Positions 48,605 to 55,787 of a DNA stretch of 64,000 bases are shown here, piece by piece. The translations under genes and the position numbers were made by a program. Source of the DNA: an uncultured Candidatus Saccharibacteria bacterium (lineage in GTDB: Bacteria; Patescibacteriota; Saccharimonadia; Saccharimonadales; JACDBH01); contig OZ246417.1 in assembly GCA_965231105.1 (NCBI GenBank), positions 832,908 through 896,907 of the forward strand. The letters are read 5' to 3'. The notes under the pieces are model-generated. The model saw nothing but the letters and a program-made list of their open reading frames with translations. It was not told the DNA's origin and searched no databases. Position 1 is the first letter of the stretch. Each line of letters begins with the position of its first letter.

Positions 48605-48853
48605 TTACAAGCTAGGCTTATCGATAACTAAAGGGCCCACATGACCGGCGAGAATATCAGGTTCCGATGTATCGCAGAACACTATATGCCTCAGCCCAAA
48701 CGTTTCTTCCGGTGAACAGTAGGGATCTTTTGACGGCTCGCATAGTGCCAGGATTTGGACTGAGCCCACGCAAGAACGTCCCACCTGCCAGTAGAGCGGG
48801 CAGTATTTAGACATGCAGTCCGTAATGATGGGAAAGCTCTCCTGAGAATTCAT
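48605..48853 (-). CDS. Cys-rich hypothetical protein (82 aa)
   Basis: ORF with 7 Cys; no motif recognised. Confidence 0.35.
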   Translation of the reverse strand: MNSQESFPIITDCMSKYCPLYWQVGRSCVGSVQILALCEPSKDPYCSPEETFGLRHIVFCDTSEPDILAGHVGPLVIDKPSL

Positions 48854-48905
48854 ATGTGTAAAAGTATAGATTATGCCTTTGAGCTATGAAAGCTAACTCC
48901 AGGCA

Positions 48906-48942
48906 AAGAAAAAGCGCTGACTTTTTTGGTCAGCGCTTTTAT
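48906..48942. terminator. Bidirectional terminator hairpin
   Basis: AAGAAAAAGCGCTGAC-TTTTTTG-GTCAGCGCTTTTATTT. Confidence 0.6.
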
Positions 48943-49007
48943 TTCGTGGGTGATCTTGGTTTTGATTTTTCGTTTGCTTTTAAGGTTTTGGAGTTTTCGT
49001 TTTTGGT

Positions 49008-49040
49008 GGTGATAACAGCTTGCGAGAAACTGTTATCACC
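49008..49040. repeat. Perfect 11 bp inverted repeat with 11 nt spacer
   Basis: GGTGATAACAG-cttgcgagaaa-CTGTTATCACC, followed on the plus strand by a T-rich tract. Confidence 0.6.
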
Positions 49041-50167
49041 CTTGTTCTTTTTGTTTTTGAGCACTTTTTTTATTCAAGCGCTGAATGTATCTTAATGTAG
49101 CCATAAGCATGCTGTCAACATATTTTTTGAAGATTTTCTGTGTATAACTTGCTCCTGAAATAGGGCGCCAAACTCGAGACTTTATTAACAGGTAGGAACC
49201 AGCAAATTATGTACATAAGCCGAACGAAAATTGTTAAAAATACGCGCTAAAATATGCAAAGTTGTTATTAAAAAATAGCAAAAAGAAGCATACAAAAGTT
49301 AATAGGTTGCCTTATGCATAAACTCAATTCCGCTCGCTACGCCTGCCTACGGGTGAACCTGATAAGTAGCTCCGACTTCTAAATTGTTACTACATGCTCC
49401 AAAGGGATAGTAAAAGAAAATAATAAAATGTACCTTAAAAATCCTTGTAGCAAGCCATAGAAATGTTTGATCAAGAACGATATAAAAGTCTCGGTGCCTT
49501 AGAAATTTATATGATTTCCTTATAAAAAAGCGAACAAAATTATAATCAAATTTTAGCTCCAATAGCGCCCATTAAGACACGGGTGTTTGTTGCAAAAAAT
49601 GCCTCAACCGTAAGGCCTTAAAACACACCATATTCCATGCCTACACGTGAAGCTTGGGTGGATTATTTTAAGTCCGTTTTATAGCAAAATGGGGCAATGA
49701 GCAAGTAGGCATAACGGCATAAAACGAACATATGTTTAGTACGAACAAAGACCGAATTGTAAACATTAGTTCGTGCAAACAAAGACAGAACAGAAGAAAG
49801 ATTTAAATATTAGTTATTAATATTACAACAAACTTATGAACACAATTTAAACTGTAACGTTATTATTGATACAACAAAATCATTGACCATAAGCTTTTTT
49901 CGTAGTAACCTGGCACATGTAAGATTTCAGAAACAAAAACTTACAAACAAAGCCTGAGGGAGGCGGCAGGGGCACCAAAATCACTACGGCGCTCCGCACT
50001 CGCTAAACGTGTGCAGAGCGGTCAGTCACAGCCATGGACGGTAAGCGCTATATAATAATTTTTAATGAGCGGATTTACCGTCCCGGCTCCAAAATTTTAT
50101 TAACATAATATGGACCAAAGCTATGTCCAAAACATACAAAAATACGTGCTAAAAAGCGAACAAAAAA

Positions 50168-50527
50168 ATGTCTAAAATATATAAACAAAAGAAAGCCTGG
50201 ATCGTGCTCGGAAGCACGATATTTTTATCTCTCTTTGTACTAAACACGGATCCGAGGGAATTATCAGCACCTTACTTATTGGTGCCGCCTTTATTTATCT
50301 TCCTCATCCTTTATATGTTTACGTATATGATTTTGCAGGCTTATACGACGCTATCTCGACAGAAGCAGAAAGTCGTAAGCGGTATTGTCGCAAGTGGGCC
50401 AATGGTGCTTCTTCTCTTAGCATCCTTAGGGCAGTTAACGCCCCGAGATATGGTCTTGTCACTTTTGTTTATAGGAGGATTGGCGCTCTATTCTTCGCGA
50501 GCGGTACCTAATCTTCAACGGCAATAA
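50168..50527 (+). CDS. Small polytopic membrane protein
   Basis: 119 aa with about four TM helices. First gene after the AT-rich gap. Confidence 0.55.
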   Translation: MSKIYKQKKAWIVLGSTIFLSLFVLNTDPRELSAPYLLVPPLFIFLILYMFTYMILQAYTTLSRQKQKVVSGIVASGPMVLLLLASLGQLTPRDMVLSLLFIGGLALYSSRAVPNLQRQ

Positions 50528-50599
50528 TTGTTGTAGGGATTAAAAGAAAGTAGCTACACCTGTTTTAACGGGCGTGGCTTTGTTATACTTATAAGCAGT

Positions 50600-50989
50600 A
50601 TGGATCCCACTACACACTCGAGTCCTAGCTTTGAGACGTCTGTGCCGCAAACAGGTGGTGAGGCTGTGTCTGCGGCTCCTGAACAAGCACCGCAACCATC
50701 GGTCAGTATGCCACAACCCGCCGTTGCACCGGCTTCGCCACCTCCTATTCCAAGCACTCCGCCAGCAGCTTCTCCTACATTTACACCTCCGCCTATTGCA
50801 ACACCGGCGCTTACCACGCCCGCTGTTGCAGATGATCTTGATCTCATAGAAAAAGAATGGGTCGATAAAGCGAAATCAATCGTGGCTCGCACCAGAAGTG
50901 ATCCGTATTCTCAAAACAAAGAGATGAATCAGTTCAAGGCTGATTATATGAAAAAGCGTTACAACAAAGATATAAGAATGGAGCCGTAG
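50600..50989 (+). CDS. Protein with Pro/Ala-rich N-terminal half and conserved-looking basic C-terminal domain
   Basis: 129 aa. PQPSVSMPQPAVAPASPPPIPSTPPAASPTFTPPPIATP followed by DLIEKEWVDKAKSIV...DPYSQNKEMNQFKADYMKKRY. Confidence 0.55.
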   Translation: MDPTTHSSPSFETSVPQTGGEAVSAAPEQAPQPSVSMPQPAVAPASPPPIPSTPPAASPTFTPPPIATPALTTPAVADDLDLIEKEWVDKAKSIVARTRSDPYSQNKEMNQFKADYMKKRYNKDIRMEP

Positions 50990-50999
50990 GGGCTATAAC

Positions 51000-53900
51000 A
51001 TGGCAAGCTTTCTGATTATTCTCACAGTCCTGTTAGCCATTCTGGCTGTGACCGGTATTGGTCTCTACTTCCATGCACGCAAGACGTTAAGAGAGCAAAA
51101 GAACTACGAGCGTGGTCTTAAGATGGTCCCGATGCTCATTCACTTACCGCCACCCTCAGATGACACAGAAGTTGGCACGCGTGATGTGCGTGATGTAACA
51201 GATGAAAACATTTCTAAGGCACAGATTCTCTATAACATTATTGCAAGCACGGTCCAGAAGGGTTTTAAGAGTAAGTTCTACGGACAGCGGCACTTTAGCT
51301 TTGAGATTATCGCTGCCAAGGGCTTTGTTCATTACTATGCAGCCGTACCGGTTTCTATGATTGAAGTCGTAAAGCAAGCAGTAGTCAGTGCCTATCCTGC
51401 AGCTCGATTAGAAGAAGTTGCAGAGCATAATATTTTTAGCCCCGTGGGTAAAATAAGTGGCACCTTGGGTGGTGAGCTGACATTAAAAGAAGACTTTGCG
51501 TATCCAATTGCTACATACCAGGATTTAAAACGTGACGCGATGCAAACACTATTAAATGCTTTATCGACTCTCGATAAAGAGGATGGTGCTGGTATCCAGA
51601 TTCTGATGCGGCCTACTGACGGTTCCTGGCGTAAGCACTCAAAGTCTATTGCTGATAAGAAGCGTAAGGGTACTGACAAGAAAAAGAACATTGGTGGAGC
51701 AGCGGTTGGTATATCCGGTGATTTTGTGAAGGCCTTCTATAAACCGCCAGAAACAAAAGAAAAGTCTGAAGAGAAGGGTAAAGACCTTACGCCACTCGAA
51801 CAATCACTACTCGATGCAATCGAGGATAAGACACGTTATCCAGCCTTTGAGGTTCTCATTCGTGTTGTGGCAAGCAGTAATATCTCGCAGCGTGCACACG
51901 CCATTTTAAATAATGTTGTTGCGAGCTTCGCACTTTTTGATTCACCGAACAAGAATGGCTTTAAGTATACGCCCGCGAAAGATATCGAAAGCTTTGTAAC
52001 AGCCTATATCATGCGGTTCTTCCCGCAGGAAAATAATACAAACGTACTTAATGCGGTTGAGCTTGCAAGTATCTTCCACTTCCCAGACCAGAAGAATATC
52101 CCAACCTCACAGCTAGAGCGCCAGGCAAGTAAGCAAGTAGATGGTCCACGCAACATTTCTGAAAAGGGTATGATGCTTGGCTATAACCTTTTCCGCGGAG
52201 CCAAGAAGCGGATTAATCTTGATCCAGAAGATCGTCGTCGACATGTCTATACCGTGGGTCAGACGGGTACTGGTAAATCAACCCTACTCGAAAACATGGC
52301 CCTCCAAGATATGCTCTCAGGTGAAGGCTTTGCCTTTATTGACCCCCACGGTGACGTGGTAGAGCGTTTAATGGCCATGGTGCCCAAAGAGCGAACTGAG
52401 GACGTGATCTACTTCAGCCCGGCAGATATGGAATATCCATTAGGTCTCAACCTCTTTGAGTTTGATAACGAAGACCAAAAAGACTTCCTTATCCAGGAGA
52501 CGATCAACATGCTCTATAAGCTGTATGACCCTCAGCACCAGGGCATCATCGGTCCACGCTATGAGAGCTTGTTCCGCCATGCAGCACTTACCATCATGGC
52601 TGATCCGCAGGGTGGTACCTTCGTTGATATTCCAAAGCTCTTTAACGACAATCAGTTTGTACAGCAGAAGTTAAAGCACGTCACCGATCCAACCGTGCGT
52701 GACTTCTGGCTAAAGGAATATCCGCAGTCTCAGCGTTCTAATGAGTTCGGTGAGGTAAAGAGCTGGTTTGTGAGTAAGTTCGGTGCCTTCTTATCTAACA
52801 CTATGATGCGTAACATCATTGGCCAAACAAAGAGTGCCTTTGATATGCGCGACATTATGGACAATAAGAAAATCTTGCTGGTAAACCTTTCAAAGGGTCG
52901 CACGGGTGAACTCAACAGCAAGTTGCTCGGTATGATCTTCGTCATGAAGTTCCAGGCTGCGGCAATGAGTAGGGCAAACATACCAGAGGATCAACGCGTC
53001 GACTTTAGCCTCTATGTGGATGAGTTCCAGAACTTTAGTACTGACTCATTCGCAACCATTCTGTCTGAGGCACGAAAGTATCACTTAAGCCTCGTGGTTG
53101 CGAACCAGTTTACCACGCAGCTCACCGAAGAAATTCGTGATGCCGTCTTCGGTAACATTGGTACTATCATTAGCTTCCGTGTGGGTACAAACGATGCAGA
53201 GTTCCTAGCGAAATACTTTGCGCCAACTTTCGATATTAATGACCTCCAACGCGTACCAAACCACAATGCGATTGTCCGAATGCTTATTGGTGGTGTCCCA
53301 TCCCAATCCTTTAGCATGGCTACGGTTCCGCCTTTGGGTACGCCAAACCCACAGTTATTAGGAGCACTAAAGCAACTTTCCGCTGCAAAGCATGGTCGTC
53401 CTCGTGTGCAGGTAGAAGCAGAAATATTTGAGCGGCTGAAAACGAATGAGCCCCCAAAGCCAGCAGGTGGATTTGGTCAGACTCCTTATGGCGCACCAGC
53501 AGCGCCACCCGCTTCTGTGCCTGCTAAACCGGCCTCAATTCTTGATGATTACCTTGCTCGTCGCACGAATCCTGCGCCCGCTCGTCCGGTTGCTTCATCG
53601 AATCCGTTTGGGCCAGCTGCAGCAACGCCTCCGCTTACACCGAGTGCGCCACTTGTTCCATCAGCTCAACATGCAACTCCATCGATTCCTTCACATACAC
53701 CGTTCAATCCTATTAACCCAGCCTTCGCAAGTCCGGCCGCTCCTCCAGGGGCAGCCCACCAAGGACCGCCACCTGCATTGGTGCATGGTCGGTCAATGTT
53801 GCCACCCGCACCGCATCATGAGCCAGCTGATCAAGAAGATAAACCTTCACTTGAAGCTCATCCTCCAACACCCACCGCACCAACGACACCAGCTCCGCAT

Positions 53901-54272
53901 AACCCTGCCAATGATCCTGCGCTCTCATTAGGCAATCCAAAAGCGGGAGCATCAGTAAGCTATCCAACTGCTGAGAAGAAAGAGGAAGAAGAACCACAGA
54001 ATATCTCAAGTAATGAGATTGAGCGCGAAGAGGTGAGCAGCATTGCTAAAGAGATTAAGCAGAGCCTTAACTTCCATAAGAAAGCCCAAGGCCAAGCTGT
54101 TGAGCCTGACCCAGAACCCGAGCCAGAATTACCAAAGCCGAAACCGCAACTAGACGAAGGCCATTTAGAGTCCGGTGATACGATCTCTATTGATAAAGAC
54201 GGTAATCTCATTATCAAAGAGCCTTCGACGCCTCCTGCGGCCCCTAAAGAGCCCACAGAGCCTAAAACATAA
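51000..54272 (+). CDS. VirD4/TraG/TraD-like (type IV secretion coupling-protein-like) ATPase with N-terminal TM anchor and ~280 aa Pro-rich tail
   Basis: 1090 aa. Walker A GQTGTGKST (~52255..52281), Walker B-like FSLYVDEFQNF (~53000..53035), and ARKYHLSLVVANQ. The tail from ~53440 is P/A-rich low complexity. Confidence 0.7.
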   Translation: MASFLIILTVLLAILAVTGIGLYFHARKTLREQKNYERGLKMVPMLIHLPPPSDDTEVGTRDVRDVTDENISKAQILYNIIASTVQKGFKSKFYGQRHFSFEIIAAKGFVHYYAAVPVSMIEVVKQAVVSAYPAARLEEVAEHNIFSPVGKISGTLGGELTLKEDFAYPIATYQDLKRDAMQTLLNALSTLDKEDGAGIQILMRPTDGSWRKHSKSIADKKRKGTDKKKNIGGAAVGISGDFVKAFYKPPETKEKSEEKGKDLTPLEQSLLDAIEDKTRYPAFEVLIRVVASSNISQRAHAILNNVVASFALFDSPNKNGFKYTPAKDIESFVTAYIMRFFPQENNTNVLNAVELASIFHFPDQKNIPTSQLERQASKQVDGPRNISEKGMMLGYNLFRGAKKRINLDPEDRRRHVYTVGQTGTGKSTLLENMALQDMLSGEGFAFIDPHGDVVERLMAMVPKERTEDVIYFSPADMEYPLGLNLFEFDNEDQKDFLIQETINMLYKLYDPQHQGIIGPRYESLFRHAALTIMADPQGGTFVDIPKLFNDNQFVQQKLKHVTDPTVRDFWLKEYPQSQRSNEFGEVKSWFVSKFGAFLSNTMMRNIIGQTKSAFDMRDIMDNKKILLVNLSKGRTGELNSKLLGMIFVMKFQAAAMSRANIPEDQRVDFSLYVDEFQNFSTDSFATILSEARKYHLSLVVANQFTTQLTEEIRDAVFGNIGTIISFRVGTNDAEFLAKYFAPTFDINDLQRVPNHNAIVRMLIGGVPSQSFSMATVPPLGTPNPQLLGALKQLSAAKHGRPRVQVEAEIFERLKTNEPPKPAGGFGQTPYGAPAAPPASVPAKPASILDDYLARRTNPAPARPVASSNPFGPAAATPPLTPSAPLVPSAQHATPSIPSHTPFNPINPAFASPAAPPGAAHQGPPPALVHGRSMLPPAPHHEPADQEDKPSLEAHPPTPTAPTTPAPHNPANDPALSLGNPKAGASVSYPTAEKKEEEEPQNISSNEIEREEVSSIAKEIKQSLNFHKKAQGQAVEPDPEPEPELPKPKPQLDEGHLESGDTISIDKDGNLIIKEPSTPPAAPKEPTEPKT

Positions 54273-54275
54273 GCT

Positions 54276-55127
54276 ATGAGCGGTCAACCTCCCGAGCAAT
54301 TTCCCGAAGAGCCGCAAGATATAGACGCAGCCCTGCAAGCTCACCTTGCTGAAGGAGCAGAGCAATCACGTGAGTTCGAGACTGAAGATACAGCCTTTGA
54401 GATGGAGCAAACTCTCCATCTCAACCGTATTCTTGGAGTGCTTCGTGCGAACGGACTAGTCCCAGAAGAAATCCATCTGTCTGATGCCCCAGATGAAACA
54501 GAGATCCAACGCTTGGCTGAGGATATGCCCGAATCTGAAGAAGTGTATCTCTTTGCTGAGCGCACAATTATGCTCCTTGACGCTGTTGGCCAGATAGAGG
54601 TGGAAGAAGACTCGGTGTACAGGATGTCTGGCAATGAGCCTGATCAGGAATCGCGTGATAGGATCTTAGAACACTGGATTGGCGCTATTGCCTCCACGAC
54701 TACTGAGAAGCCAGATGAATGGGCTTGGCTTGGAGCGATGAAGAGTCTATTCGGTGATCTGCCCCTTCCAAAAGACCCGGGTGAACGAGCTGCAAAAGTG
54801 GATATGTTGGTTGATCTCTATATTGCACGTCGTGATCGTGAAGAAGGGACAAGGGATCTTGAGCAAGAAGTACGAGAAGACGTACGAGCTATTCTACAAG
54901 CTGGGCATGGTGAGCATGACGAGATAATTACCATGACTGATGCGATTCTTGGTCTAGCCAATGACAGACAACGGAAGAAGAGGACACCAACCATACAGCA
55001 ACAACTTGATAGAGAAACACTTGCTCGCTTGGAAACACTGAAGACACGCATAGGGGTAAGTCAAGAAGAAATCGATGAGCTTATTGCTCAAGCCCGCGAG
55101 CGATTATCTGAAGATAGGCCTCAATAA
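54276..55127 (+). CDS. Highly acidic hypothetical protein
   Basis: 283 aa, Glu/Asp-rich. Starts 3 nt after the ATPase stop. Confidence 0.6.
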   Translation: MSGQPPEQFPEEPQDIDAALQAHLAEGAEQSREFETEDTAFEMEQTLHLNRILGVLRANGLVPEEIHLSDAPDETEIQRLAEDMPESEEVYLFAERTIMLLDAVGQIEVEEDSVYRMSGNEPDQESRDRILEHWIGAIASTTTEKPDEWAWLGAMKSLFGDLPLPKDPGERAAKVDMLVDLYIARRDREEGTRDLEQEVREDVRAILQAGHGEHDEIITMTDAILGLANDRQRKKRTPTIQQQLDRETLARLETLKTRIGVSQEEIDELIAQARERLSEDRPQ

Positions 55128-55218
55128 GCAAGCCATTAGAGTGTTATATCCGTGAGTATAAAGTGCACAGTTCTACTAGGCAGAGACTGAACGGGCGAAA
55201 CAAGCGCGGGCTGAAGCT

Positions 55219-55785
55219 TTAGACCCGTCTGTGTCGCAAGATGCGCAAGAGTAGTTCGATCACAAGTCCTACGGCAAAGCCGCCAGCAAAGAACAGGGCA
55301 AACAGCAAGAAGTTATATTCGTAGCCATTGTGCTTTGCAATCCAAAGAAAGACGGTGCTGCCTAAGAAGGCAAAGATGCCTCCCGCCAACAAGCCTGAAG
55401 GTCTGGCTACTGTCTTGCTGGTGGCATTTGAGACGGCTTCTATAGTTGGATTGTGGACCACCTTACTAAATGTTCGTTCGGAAGTAGATAGGTCCTTGCG
55501 TACCCGCGTAAGGGTGCGCTGGTAGGCCATATCTTTCAGTTCACGATTAATACCTAAAGTATGTGTCTCTGGTTCCTGTTCTTGTTGCTCAATCAGTGCC
55601 TCATCTCGTGAGGTGGCCTTAGCGTTGATTTCTTGCCGTAGCTCATCTATTTTTTCAGCATGCTCATGGCGAACATCGCGCCTTTCCTGAACCAGCTCAT
55701 CGAGTTTTTCAGATTTATGATCATGAACCTCTTGGGTGCCTCGCGCGTGCTCAAGACTTTGGTGGTGGTATTTCTTCTCAGACAT
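55219..55785 (-). CDS. Hypothetical protein with charged His/Glu-rich N-terminus and two C-terminal TM helices
   Basis: 188 aa. Starts 2 nt after the upstream LPXTG gene stop, suggesting an operon. Confidence 0.6.
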   Translation of the reverse strand: MSEKKYHHQSLEHARGTQEVHDHKSEKLDELVQERRDVRHEHAEKIDELRQEINAKATSRDEALIEQQEQEPETHTLGINRELKDMAYQRTLTRVRKDLSTSERTFSKVVHNPTIEAVSNATSKTVARPSGLLAGGIFAFLGSTVFLWIAKHNGYEYNFLLFALFFAGGFAVGLVIELLLRILRHRRV

Positions 55786-55787
55786 GA

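Noticed and set aside
48886-49562. Track ORFs 48886..49095 (+) and 49347..49562 (-) in the AT-rich gap
   Set aside because: They are Phe/Ile/Lys-rich translations of AT-rich DNA spanning terminator hairpins, with no RBS. They were kept only as part of the non-coding-gap finding.
49955-50095. GC-rich island as tmRNA, SRP RNA or 6S RNA
   Set aside because: It has no tRNA-like acceptor/T-arm and no tag ORF (tmRNA). It has no GGAA-tetraloop domain IV motif (SRP). It is too short for a 6S-type extended duplex. It is left as an unknown structured element.
48860-50167. AT-rich gap as the replication origin
   Set aside because: I found only one 8/9 DnaA-box match (TGTGTATAA at 49139) and no cluster. 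No dnaA or dnaN gene is adjacent. This cannot be excluded without GC-skew analysis.
50554-50892. 112 aa minus-strand and 72 aa alternate-frame ORFs
   Set aside because: Both are generated by the Pro/Ala-rich repeat composition of the 50600..50989 gene.
53446-53931. 161 aa alternate-frame ORF, plus minus-strand ORFs at 53713..54256
   Set aside because: They lie inside the Pro-rich tail of the 1090 aa ATPase ORF and are compositional shadow frames.
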